A stretch of DNA of 64,000 bases from an uncultured bacterium. Lineage in GTDB: Bacteria > Chlamydiota > Chlamydiia > Chlamydiales > VGMA01. The DNA is taken from contig CAZZMO010000003.1 of assembly GCA_964655475.1 (NCBI GenBank), positions 1,329 to 65,328 of the forward strand, in the 5' to 3' direction. Below, piece after piece: positions 44,604 through 53,982 of the stretch. A model generated the notes under the pieces. It had not been told where the DNA came from. It worked only from the letters and a program-made list of their open reading frames with translations, and did not search any database. The translations under genes were made by a program, and so were the position numbers. Numbering within the stretch: the stretch's first letter is position 1; each line of letters opens with the position of its first letter.

Positions 44604-45602
44604 CTATGATCTTTTGAACGCAATGTCTACGACACCTTGAGGTTCAAACATAGCTATGAAATGTCTGTACATTTCTATCCTACTTTGACCACCAGTTCTT
44701 TTCAAAAGGAGCTCCTGGCTGTAGATGGCCATATCTTCTACAATTCGTTCGTGTCGGTAGTAGGCTAGGGCTATCGGATGAATTTCCGTTTTCCCATAGC
44801 CCTGATAGAAGTGCACTTCTTCAGTGGGGTGATTCCAAACGTTCCCAACGCCACCTCCTATAAACATGAGGTCGCGCTCTTTTGGTGCCATGATAGGCTC
44901 ATCCCAATCTACTATGTAGATATTAGAGTTGTCATGGATGAGCACATTGCCTCCATGAATATCAGAGTGGCATAAGACAAATTTGGGTGGGTGGCTCTGA
45001 AGTGTTTTCCCGAGCTCTTCGGCGCGATCTACGAGGCGATGAATGTCTGGCATCGCTTTTTTCATGAACTTTTGCAGTTTTAAGCCTATTTCATCAGTGG
45101 TGAGGCTACTTTCTACATGAGGGTATATTGCTCGCATGGCATCTTGCCATTTTGGTGAGAATGTCTCTTGTCTAATCCTCTTTTGTAGAGATAATGGGAC
45201 ATCAACTTCATGAACAAGCCGCAACGCTTTGCCAAGCTCTATCCATTGACCATCTGTTAGACTGCGACTGAAGCCATCTTCTCCTTTGATAAACGGGTAT
45301 ACAATAAGAGTGTAATCATCAATGGGTTGGCTTGATTTCCCGTGAATTGTTGGAATAGGGGGAATGATCTGATCGATCCCTCTTTGCTTCAAAAGTTTTA
45401 CAATTTCAAGACCTAGATCATGATGATACCCCAATTTCACTTTGATAAAGTAAGATCTCTGATCAAGTGTCTCAGCTTTATATATTCGAGCGTTTATGTC
45501 AGCCCCTATTGGTAGAAACTTCAAGCTCGCAACCAGAATACCGTAATGAGTTTTTAGGCACTCGGTGATGATTGAATCAGGCAGGGTGTGCTCTTCTAAC
45601 AT
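44604..45602 (-). CDS. APH/choline-kinase-fold phosphotransferase
   Basis: CHSDIHGGNVLI and IVDWD are the catalytic loop and the DxD-equivalent. Confidence 0.75.
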   Translation of the reverse strand: MLEEHTLPDSIITECLKTHYGILVASLKFLPIGADINARIYKAETLDQRSYFIKVKLGYHHDLGLEIVKLLKQRGIDQIIPPIPTIHGKSSQPIDDYTLIVYPFIKGEDGFSRSLTDGQWIELGKALRLVHEVDVPLSLQKRIRQETFSPKWQDAMRAIYPHVESSLTTDEIGLKLQKFMKKAMPDIHRLVDRAEELGKTLQSHPPKFVLCHSDIHGGNVLIHDNSNIYIVDWDEPIMAPKERDLMFIGGGVGNVWNHPTEEVHFYQGYGKTEIHPIALAYYRHERIVEDMAIYSQELLLKRTGGQSRIEMYRHFIAMFEPQGVVDIAFKRS

Positions 45603-45704
45603 TTGGCAAACAGGCCGTTGGCTTTACAAAGGTATAGCAGGAAAAAGCTTTTAGTGGAAACAATTCAGAATCTAGTTTATATTCAAATAATTAAAAGGTT
45701 GGAA

Positions 45705-46946
45705 ATGAGCTCATTTTTTAGAAATAAATTTCAGGAGATATCGTTTATAGGGATCATTCTTTTTGCCTTTATTGCATTTTACATTGAGACTGATATCTAT
45801 ACTCCTAGTTTTCCTCAGATGATCAATTATTTCGGAACGAATGAAGATACAATACAGATGCTTTTAAGCATGAACTTCTTGGGGCTCTGTTTGTCTTGTC
45901 TCTTTTTTGGTCCAGCTTCAGATGCATATGGAAGAAAACCGATCCTCTGTAGTGGATTATTTATTTTTATGTTGGGAAGCGTAGGGTGTGCAGTCACTGA
46001 TTCATTGAGCTGGATGATTGCCTTTCGCTTCTTCCAAGGTCTAGGATGTGGATCGATTGCAAGTGCTGGGTTAACTTTATTTTTTGATGTGTACCCTTCG
46101 GACCAATCATCACGACTTGTATCAGTGTGTAATGGTACTATTGGAGGGATGATGGCCTTAGCGCCAATGTTAGGAAATTGGATCAGCCTGTATGTGGGCT
46201 GGAGGGTGAACTTTTACTTGATTGCTCTTCTTGCAATTCTTGCATTTTTGAGTGTCTGGTTTTTTATTAAAGAAACATTGCCAGTAGAAGGAAGAACAAA
46301 ATTTAGCCTGTCTACGATTTTGAAAAACTATTCAGCCCTTCTCACAAATTTTCCATTTATGGCTCATACGCTGATCTGGTGTTTAGCTTTCAGTATGGTG
46401 ATTGTTTTTATTTCCAACCTTTCTTTGATTTTTGTTGATCATTTACAAGTTTCAAAAGAAATTTTTGGATATTATCAGACTGCGATTATGGGAGCATTTT
46501 TTGTAGGTAGTATGGGAGGTGCCTCCTTAATTAAAAAAATCGGGATGATTGCTACTAAAGCCATTGGAAGTTTTACATACATAGTGGGTGTACTTTTTCT
46601 TGTATTACTAACGTCGATGGAGCCTGCCTCTCCACTATTGCTTATTATTGCGATGTCAATAACTAGTTTGGGCAGTGCTCTGGCAATGACAATCTACTTT
46701 ACCTATTCTATGACATATCTAGGTGGTAATCTAAAAGGTGCAGCAATGTCGTTGACACAGTCACTTAGGTTGTTTTTAACATCAGGTTTAGTATGGATTG
46801 CAGCAAGTAAGTTTGATGGTAGTACTGGGCCAATAAGTGTGCTTGCCTTAATTTGTACGTGTTTATGCATAGTATTTTATGTCGTCTTGTATGTAAGAAA
46901 GCAACATCAACCTACTTTGTCGCACGGCATAGAGTACTCGAAGTAA
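45705..46946 (+). CDS. MFS transporter (Bcr/CflA-like drug efflux)
   Basis: 12 TM helices. The loop 2-3 motif GPASDAYGRKPIL is present. ATG at 45705. Confidence 0.8.
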   Translation: MSSFFRNKFQEISFIGIILFAFIAFYIETDIYTPSFPQMINYFGTNEDTIQMLLSMNFLGLCLSCLFFGPASDAYGRKPILCSGLFIFMLGSVGCAVTDSLSWMIAFRFFQGLGCGSIASAGLTLFFDVYPSDQSSRLVSVCNGTIGGMMALAPMLGNWISLYVGWRVNFYLIALLAILAFLSVWFFIKETLPVEGRTKFSLSTILKNYSALLTNFPFMAHTLIWCLAFSMVIVFISNLSLIFVDHLQVSKEIFGYYQTAIMGAFFVGSMGGASLIKKIGMIATKAIGSFTYIVGVLFLVLLTSMEPASPLLLIIAMSITSLGSALAMTIYFTYSMTYLGGNLKGAAMSLTQSLRLFLTSGLVWIAASKFDGSTGPISVLALICTCLCIVFYVVLYVRKQHQPTLSHGIEYSK

Positions 46947-46972
46947 GCTTATAAAATTCTACACTTTAGATG

Positions 46973-47467
46973 TCAATCTGCAAAATGGATCACATCACCT
47001 TTGGCGGGGATTTTTTCAGGGAGTGTTTCGAGAAATTCGATATGGGGGGTGTATCCATTGGGATTTATGGTTTTTGGGGTGGTTTTATCTGTAAGGGGGC
47101 AGAATGATTGAGCAATGAGAAAATCGTACAGCATGCTATTTATGCTTGCAAATCGATTCGTTGTATCGGGGTTTACTTCTAGGATGTGATATCCATTATT
47201 AAAACAATTTGTGTTGAAGGATTCTACGATAAAGCCTTGATAGACGGATTGTTCTAATAGTTCTTTGTGATCATTGTTAAATGTATCCACTGCCTGTATC
47301 AACTTTGTAGCATCTACATTCTTAATATGGCCAATCGTCATATGCGTCTGATTTTCTGTCTGCCAGAATTTGTTATCCTGATCAGTGACGAGAAGCTCCA
47401 CGACTATGTCACTTCCAAATAGGAGACGGAAATGGCAGAGAAAGAAGATCAACTTTATAGATCGCAT
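46973..47467 (-). CDS. secreted hypothetical protein
   Basis: Signal-like MRSIKLIFFLCHFRLLFGS. One HxTx motif (HMTIG). See the rejected note on 2H phosphoesterases. Confidence 0.45.
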   Translation of the reverse strand: MRSIKLIFFLCHFRLLFGSDIVVELLVTDQDNKFWQTENQTHMTIGHIKNVDATKLIQAVDTFNNDHKELLEQSVYQGFIVESFNTNCFNNGYHILEVNPDTTNRFASINSMLYDFLIAQSFCPLTDKTTPKTINPNGYTPHIEFLETLPEKIPAKGDVIHFAD

Positions 47468-47471
47468 AAGA

Positions 47472-48527
47472 CTATCTCAAGCACGTTCCTAGAGAAGCTG
47501 TAAGAGGATCTAGGGGTATATCCCTCAAGAGAGAACACTTAAATAAGGATACAGGGGTAAATTCGTCAACTTCATTGAGGAATATAGAGGTCATCATTGA
47601 GAGGTGAACCCAACCTTTATCAAGGATATAGGCCCCTTTTAATTTAAGCAAAGGATCACCGAGGCGCCACTCTTTTCCCTTAAATATAGTGGATGTGGCT
47701 TCAAGCTTAAATTCTGTCTGGGGTGAATCAGGTTCTACAGTCAGTCGAATGCATCTATCTGATTTACGTCTTTCAGCAGTGACTTTTACTGTACGATCAA
47801 GTATTTTTAATAAGGTGAATCCAGTGTGAAGTTCTTGGCCGTGTGCTTTATATAGTAGGGGTTCTGGTAGCATTTTCGTTTGCTCAAAAAAGGTTTTCCA
47901 AAGATTGCGTGCCTTTATTTCTATCTCGGGTGAGGTATTCTTAGGTTGGAATAAAAAGACGCGAAAAACAGCGCCACTTTCATGATTAAGACCAATAAAG
48001 GCCGTATCGATTTTGTGATTTTCACAAGTGCCTTGCATGATGCAATAAGGGTAATGGCCCCAATCCCCAAAATGTAAAGAGAGCTTTCCCTGGTCAGATC
48101 GGTTGAATTCATTACATTCAGCTATAAGTCTAGTTTTGTCTAAATGACCATATTGAGGCTGCATCATTTCAGGGCACAATCCTAAACTAAAGATAGGTTC
48201 AGAGAGTGATCGGCGATCTGTAAAGAAGGCGAGTAAAACTTTTTCGGGACCCCAGTAGAGATCGTCATTTTTGAGTTCCCCAACAAGGCTAAATGTTTTT
48301 GATTCATCAGCCCCTCTAGAACTTAATGCAGCAAAATTCTCTGGAATAGCAGGCTCTATAGCGAGAGAATACATGCGGTTTTTTAGAGGTAAAAGGCTTT
48401 CTATCCGAAGTGGTTGAGTGACATCGATTTCATCGGAGTAGAGAGGAGAAAATATGAAACAACAAGAGGCGAATAAATATTTTATGAGCACCTGCCTTAT
48501 GGGTAGTTGTCTTGGCTCAGAGGACAA
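47472..48527 (-). CDS. secreted hypothetical protein
   Basis: Long ORF. Hydrophobic leader LIKYLFASCCFIFSPLYS. Start uncertain: TTG at 48527 or GTG at 48491. Confidence 0.45.
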   Translation of the reverse strand: MSSEPRQLPIRQVLIKYLFASCCFIFSPLYSDEIDVTQPLRIESLLPLKNRMYSLAIEPAIPENFAALSSRGADESKTFSLVGELKNDDLYWGPEKVLLAFFTDRRSLSEPIFSLGLCPEMMQPQYGHLDKTRLIAECNEFNRSDQGKLSLHFGDWGHYPYCIMQGTCENHKIDTAFIGLNHESGAVFRVFLFQPKNTSPEIEIKARNLWKTFFEQTKMLPEPLLYKAHGQELHTGFTLLKILDRTVKVTAERRKSDRCIRLTVEPDSPQTEFKLEATSTIFKGKEWRLGDPLLKLKGAYILDKGWVHLSMMTSIFLNEVDEFTPVSLFKCSLLRDIPLDPLTASLGTCLR

Positions 48528-48626
48528 GATGATGAAATGTTAAAAAAAACTATGTTTTATTATAGTTAAAAAATATTTTACAATAAGTATGAATGATCTG
48601 TTTTTGATATAATCATACATTATTAA

Positions 48627-50294
48627 ATGGATTTATTTATGATTAATCATGCTCAGTTGTTCAAACCCGTGGTTTACTATAATAATGAGAGAAGTAGTAC
48701 TGTAATCTTACGGGACTCATTAGAAGAGGAGCCAAAGTGCCACGGGGCTGCAACCTATGCCTCTAGGGAGGCCATGTTGGAAGCTGAAATGGCAAATAGG
48801 GGGCAGAGTGGGGAAATTAAGAGTATTTGTGGTAGCGATATCCCTCGTGCAGGGTTTTATGCTAGCATTGATCCAAAGGGGCTATTAGGAGTTAACAAAA
48901 TTCTTGATCTTGGCAATCAGTATTTTAGTCATAGTTCTTTGAATGGAATGACTTTTATTGGCAGTGATGGCAAGGTCCACCAAGTGTATAATGCGATCAC
49001 CCCAAGCTTGGATGAATCTTCTCTCGACCTCATGATGGCCCGCGTTTTGCAAGATGAGCATGGCTCTATTTGCTACGGAGGGCGCCCTGACAGCAATAGA
49101 AAAGCCAGACAGCAAGCAGAGGATATTTTTCGCACGGAAAGAGCTTATGGCAAACATAGCAAAACTTTAGTCAGAAGAGGGGATGTATACGAACTTACCT
49201 ATGTTGTTGACTCTCTTACTAGTGCTGGAGTCATTCAGCCTCCTGGAATGCCGAATGAGAGGAAAGAAATTCTTGATGAACATCAGGCCCTAAAAGATCT
49301 CAAAGATGGGGATATCATTGAAGTGGATGGTTGCCGTGTGCGTTTACATCCGATCCATGTGCATCATATGCTTACCATCTGGTCGCGCATTGCACCACTG
49401 ATACCTGAAGAGACTTCCGGGATAGCGCTAGAAAAAGAGATTAATGCGGCTGGTTATCAAGAGTTGAAAAGTGCCGCTCAGGCACGTTGCCATTTTGCCA
49501 ATCGATCAATAGAAAAGCAGCTTGTAGATGACACTATATTCCACTTAGATAACCCGGACCTCGCTGTTCATGAGAGACTCATACTCGTTGACTTTTTGGC
49601 TAAAATGTCTGGACTTCCTATTGTTCACCACTGCCACTCTATTATTGACCGTACTTCGATAGCTACTGGGATCGCAGCGATCAACCAACTCATCGTTCAC
49701 GGAGATATCCCAAAGGATCGCATTCCTAAAGATAGTAATGGAAAGTATGCCGTTCATCTTCTTTGTCGTGATGAAGAATACAAGCATCTTTTCCTCGCTA
49801 TGCTCAATTTACAGCATCAAGTATCCAAAGATGCTTGGATAGGGGTCCATCCGAATGGAACAATTGCTGGGCGCAGCAAGCTTGGGCTCAACTATTTCGT
49901 CCCGTTTATTGGAACGACAGTTGGTTCAGCTCTTGATTTACTTCCCTCAAGCACTCTCAAACTAGTAAGCTGGGAGACATATGCCCTCCGCGTCACATAT
50001 GCGGTCGTTTTTCTTACTTTAGTGATAACGCTTGTTTATCACATAGCAGTTCTAATACTAAGCCTTTGCACACAGGATTGGGAATTCGGTAAACACCTCG
50101 CCATTCTTCCGTTTCAGATTAAATGGCTGAAGCTAGGGGAGATCGATGCTTCTACGACTCTTGATCTAGAGTCTTTAGAGATCAACGGAGGAGAACGAGC
50201 TTTGATCCTTGGAGCGTCGACCACTCATACACTGACTAGAGACATTTTTCCTCCCCACCTTTCGAGACCCTTAGAGACTGTTAATGAATTCTGA
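48627..50294 (+). CDS. putative CX5R phosphatase (SopB/IpgD-like phosphoinositide phosphatase motif) with a C-terminal hydrophobic anchor
   Basis: LPIVHHCHSIIDRTSI fits CxSxxDRT (SopB/IpgD/4-phosphatase CKSGKDRT). At 555 aa its size is similar to SopB/IpgD. The hydrophobic block ALRVTYAVVFLTLVITLVYHIAVLILSLC spans aa ~452-481. Confidence 0.45.
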   Translation: MDLFMINHAQLFKPVVYYNNERSSTVILRDSLEEEPKCHGAATYASREAMLEAEMANRGQSGEIKSICGSDIPRAGFYASIDPKGLLGVNKILDLGNQYFSHSSLNGMTFIGSDGKVHQVYNAITPSLDESSLDLMMARVLQDEHGSICYGGRPDSNRKARQQAEDIFRTERAYGKHSKTLVRRGDVYELTYVVDSLTSAGVIQPPGMPNERKEILDEHQALKDLKDGDIIEVDGCRVRLHPIHVHHMLTIWSRIAPLIPEETSGIALEKEINAAGYQELKSAAQARCHFANRSIEKQLVDDTIFHLDNPDLAVHERLILVDFLAKMSGLPIVHHCHSIIDRTSIATGIAAINQLIVHGDIPKDRIPKDSNGKYAVHLLCRDEEYKHLFLAMLNLQHQVSKDAWIGVHPNGTIAGRSKLGLNYFVPFIGTTVGSALDLLPSSTLKLVSWETYALRVTYAVVFLTLVITLVYHIAVLILSLCTQDWEFGKHLAILPFQIKWLKLGEIDASTTLDLESLEINGGERALILGASTTHTLTRDIFPPHLSRPLETVNEF

Positions 50295-50432
50295 CTTGGT
50301 CAAGTTTTTGGATTATTTTAGCCAATTTTCTTTTCAATCATAAGGGGTAATATCAACAATCGTATATTACCCCTTATGATTGAAAAGAACCGAAAAATTG
50401 ACAGAAGCCGAATCCGTTAACAGTCTCTTAGA
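50268..50432. repeat. nested inverted repeats (outer ~19-bp arms, inner 24-25-bp perfect hairpin)
   Basis: Inner arms: TCTTTTCAATCATAAGGGGTAATAT (50329-50353) and ATATTACCCCTTATGATTGAAAAGA (50364-50388). Outer arms: AGAGACTGTTAATGAATTC (~50270) and GAATCCGTTAACAGTCTCT (~50411-50430). Confidence 0.7.
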
Positions 50433-50512
50433 TATTCACTAAATTTCAATTGAAACAATGTATCTCTGAAGAGACAATAAACGGATATGCAAAATAGAGA
50501 AGAATAAAGAAA

Positions 50513-51955
50513 GTGGAAAACCAAGAGACTTGCTGGACTATTTGTCCGAAATGTTGTGGATGTGGCAAAAAAAACTTGAAGCTTCGGAAAAATGCGAGAA
50601 TTCGCTACCTAATAGCAATGAATGAATTTGAAAAAGCTAAGAGTCAGGGGATCTCTTCGGTTCGACCTAAGATCACTCAAGTTTTATGCGATCATTGCTC
50701 TGGATCAGGCTTAATTTCTGGCGCTCATTACCCGAAAGCAAATTCAGAAAAATATCCGCATCTAGCCATTATTGGTGCAGGTATAGCAGGCGTCGCACTT
50801 GCTGTAGCTTGCTTGCATCGTGGTATTCCATTCACTCTTTATGAGCGCGATAGCAATGTCGATGCAAGGGCTCAAGGATATGGACTCACCTTGCAACAAG
50901 CAAGTAAGGCTATGAGAGAGTTTGGCCTTTTCTCTTTAAAAGAGGGGATTTATTCCACCCGTCATGTAGTGCATACTACAGATGGAAAGGAAATCGTTGA
51001 ATGGGGAATGAGGACGCATGAGAACATCAAAAAATTTCCAAAGCGTAAAAATGTGCATATCCCAAGGCAGGCCTTACGCTCAGCATTGCTCGAGCAATTG
51101 AAAAATCACACTCCCGTAGAGTGGGGACACCGCTTAGTCTCTTTCAAACAACTTGAAGATAAAAGTGTTGAACTGAGCTTTCAAGTGAACGGAGAGATGA
51201 AGAATGCTAAGGCAGACCTAGTGGTTGGTGCCGATGGCATTCGTAGTGTTGTGAGAAGCTTATTGATTGGTGAGGATACGAATCCTTTGCGCTACCTTGG
51301 TTATGTGGTCATTTTGGGTATTTGTTCTTTAGAGGCTCTGAAGGAACTTCAGAGTTCTTTGCTCGATTCAGCTACCGTCTTTCAAACAGTTAATGGTTAC
51401 GAGCGGATCTACATGATGCCATACTCGTTAGACTCGGTCATGTGGCAATTTAGTTTCCCTATGCCTGAGGAAGAAGCTAAGGCCTTAAGTGCAAAAGGAC
51501 CTCAAGCTCTTAAAGAAGAAGCATGCCGTAGAGCCACATGGCACCAGCCCATTCCTCAAATCTTATCAGCAACCCTAACCACACAAATTACAGGTTATCC
51601 CTTGTACGACCGCGAGCTACTCAAGCCAGAATCATTGGAAAATGTGGGCTCATTTACGTTGATTGGAGATGCAGCTCATCCTATGAGCCCATTTAAAGGA
51701 CAAGGGGCGAATCAAGCTCTCCTAGATGCACTAGCTCTCGCCCGGAGCATCTCAATAGCATGTACAAGCTGGTCTAAATGGCGAGAAATTGGGCTAAGGG
51801 AAGTAGTACTCTCTGACTTTGAAGAAGAAATGCTTGCACGCAGTGCCACCAAAGTAAAGGATTCAGCCGAAGCCGTAGAGCTATTACATTCCAAATGTGT
51901 GCTCCGTGAAGGCCCCGAGCCCAAAGGGCGCTCTTTACGAGCTGACAATCAATAA
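50513..51955 (+). CDS. FAD-dependent monooxygenase with an N-terminal DnaJ-type CxxCxGxG zinc-finger extension
   Basis: CPKCCGCG and CDHCSGSG lie in the first 65 aa. They are followed by IIGAGIAGVALAV, GADGIRSVVR and GDAAHPMSPFKGQGANQALLDA. GTG start. Confidence 0.7.
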   Translation: MENQETCWTICPKCCGCGKKNLKLRKNARIRYLIAMNEFEKAKSQGISSVRPKITQVLCDHCSGSGLISGAHYPKANSEKYPHLAIIGAGIAGVALAVACLHRGIPFTLYERDSNVDARAQGYGLTLQQASKAMREFGLFSLKEGIYSTRHVVHTTDGKEIVEWGMRTHENIKKFPKRKNVHIPRQALRSALLEQLKNHTPVEWGHRLVSFKQLEDKSVELSFQVNGEMKNAKADLVVGADGIRSVVRSLLIGEDTNPLRYLGYVVILGICSLEALKELQSSLLDSATVFQTVNGYERIYMMPYSLDSVMWQFSFPMPEEEAKALSAKGPQALKEEACRRATWHQPIPQILSATLTTQITGYPLYDRELLKPESLENVGSFTLIGDAAHPMSPFKGQGANQALLDALALARSISIACTSWSKWREIGLREVVLSDFEEEMLARSATKVKDSAEAVELLHSKCVLREGPEPKGRSLRADNQ

Positions 51956-51976
51956 TTTGATAGAGGGCAATATACG

Positions 51977-53080
51977 ATGATGCATAGTTTATTTTCTGAA
52001 GAGTTATTTGGTTTAAAGAGGCGTAAATTAGGTAGAAGTGGACCTGAAGTCTCTATGATTGGATTAGGTTGTATGGGCATGTCAGAGTTTTATGGCCGAG
52101 CAAATATACCTGACAGCATAGCAACGTTGTATAGAGCCTTGGAACTGGGGTGTAATTTCTTCGATACCGCTGCCATATATGGATTAGGACACAATGAGAG
52201 ATTGCTGGGTACATTTTTGTATGGCATCTCAAGAGAGACCTATTTGGTTGCAACAAAATGCGGAGTAAGAAGGGATCCAGAGGACTTAACTAAGCGAGTG
52301 ATAGATAATAGCCCTGAGCATATTCTAGAAAGTTGTAGAGATAGTTTAAATCGTCTTGGGATCGGTTATATAGATTTATTCTATCTACACCGTATTGCAC
52401 GTGATGGGGCAGATATTGAAGCTAGCATGCATGCTATGGCTCAATTGCTCGCAGAAGGTAAAATTCATCATGTGGGTCTTTCAGAGGCAAGTCAGGAAAT
52501 TATCGAAAGAGCTAATAACGCGCTACTCCGTTTTACCGAAGGAAGGCATCAGATTGCTGCTTTACAGACAGATTATTCCTTAATGAGCCGTACACCAGAA
52601 ATCGATGGAACCCTAGAGGTATGTCGTAAGCTCGGGATAGCTTTTGTCCCCTACGCGCCACTTGGGCGTCAATATCTTACTGCTTTAGGTAAGACATCTG
52701 ATGTCTATGATGAAGGTGATTGTAGAAAAATGTTCCCCCGTTTTCAAAAAGAGCATATGGAAAAAAATCAGAGTATTGTTCGGCAGATTGTCGAAATGGC
52801 AGCTGAAAAAGCGTGCACCCCAGCTCAGCTTTGCTTAGCATGGGTACTAGCGCAAGGAGATAACCTCATTCCGATTCCAGGCACTAAACATGTTAGCCAT
52901 TTGGAAGAAAACCTATCAGCAACCATGGTTAAATTAACGGCCGAAGATCTACAGAGGTTAGATACAATAGCTCCCATAGGTGCATTTTCTGGCACACGAT
53001 ATCCTGAGAAATTCATGCAATCGAATCGCTTGAAAAGCGACGAAGAAGTGATGCAAGAGCATGCCAGAAAAAGAACTTAA
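51977..53080 (+). CDS. aldo/keto reductase
   Basis: RKLGRSGPEVSMIGLGCMGMSEFYG, LVATKCG, IDLFYLHR and IPIPGTK are AKR family hallmarks. Confidence 0.85.
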   Translation: MMHSLFSEELFGLKRRKLGRSGPEVSMIGLGCMGMSEFYGRANIPDSIATLYRALELGCNFFDTAAIYGLGHNERLLGTFLYGISRETYLVATKCGVRRDPEDLTKRVIDNSPEHILESCRDSLNRLGIGYIDLFYLHRIARDGADIEASMHAMAQLLAEGKIHHVGLSEASQEIIERANNALLRFTEGRHQIAALQTDYSLMSRTPEIDGTLEVCRKLGIAFVPYAPLGRQYLTALGKTSDVYDEGDCRKMFPRFQKEHMEKNQSIVRQIVEMAAEKACTPAQLCLAWVLAQGDNLIPIPGTKHVSHLEENLSATMVKLTAEDLQRLDTIAPIGAFSGTRYPEKFMQSNRLKSDEEVMQEHARKRT

Positions 53081-53288
53081 ATATTCTTTAGGGACGAAAC
53101 TACGTCCCTTCAGCTACCTAGGTATGGCTGTTTTCTGTCTTTTCTAAAGATTATAACTGTTTAATAGCTAGAATATTATGGTTTGTATCGTTGCTGTTAC
53201 ACGGTTTTTTGTTAAACCGTGCATTGACAGCGCACGGTTTTTCCTAATGTCAGTGGTGCAATACAGAGATTGCTGATTCCCAAAGCAC

Positions 53289-53969
53289 TTATTTATCCTT
53301 TTGATATGCAATCGAATGATCTTCTTGGACATCGCTTATCCAGTTTTTACTATCCCATGAGGAAAGAAAGTTTTTAGTAATTGGTAAATGCTTTTCCAAA
53401 GGATTTCCTGCCTGCCATTTTCCGATTAGTGTAGCGAATGGAATTTTGACTGTGTACGGCCTATCAGCAAATCCGCCCACTGCATAGGGTTGAAAAACTA
53501 AAATCAGAGACTCATGATCTACCACAAATACTTTGATGAGTTCTTGATCTAGGTAGTCAAGTAATGGATCAGAGGGTTGAAAGTAGTTACAACCTCCATT
53601 CTGTTTAAGGAAATTTTCACAATAGCTCCTTAAAAACTCTTTTTGACTAGGTTGAGGGAACAGATCATTGAGTGAGATCTCTTTGAAAAAGCTGTTTATT
53701 TTGATGTATGTTTTGCCTTCGTATTGCGTCCAACCATGTGGTACATGATCAAATACAAACACATCTCCTAAAAGGCTTACCACATTGTCTGAAAATAAAA
53801 TGGTTCTTAAATGATAATTCATTTGAAATGGCCCTTCATCTAACACGCTTTCCTTCAAAATATTAGTGATGAAATTCTTTTTGATTCCTTCAAGATTATC
53901 AAATCCCTTATTCGAATCTGAAGAGCAAGCTAAAAAAATAAAAGGCAAAAACAGATAAATGAGCTTCAT
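53289..53969 (-). CDS. lipoprotein, function unknown (possible immunity/partner of the upstream gene)
   Basis: The internal ATG 53969 gives MKLIYLFLPFIFLAC|SS (lipobox). It lies 14 nt downstream of the stop of the preceding gene. Confidence 0.5.
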   Translation of the reverse strand: MKLIYLFLPFIFLACSSDSNKGFDNLEGIKKNFITNILKESVLDEGPFQMNYHLRTILFSDNVVSLLGDVFVFDHVPHGWTQYEGKTYIKINSFFKEISLNDLFPQPSQKEFLRSYCENFLKQNGGCNYFQPSDPLLDYLDQELIKVFVVDHESLILVFQPYAVGGFADRPYTVKIPFATLIGKWQAGNPLEKHLPITKNFLSSWDSKNWISDVQEDHSIAYQKDK

Positions 53970-53982
53970 AAAATATCCATTT

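Noticed and set aside
46973-47467. Possible 2H phosphoesterase (LigT/CPDase-like), based on HMTIG.
   Set aside because: The second required HxT/Sx motif is absent; the nearest candidate is PHIEF, with Glu in place of Thr/Ser. The spacing alone is not diagnostic.
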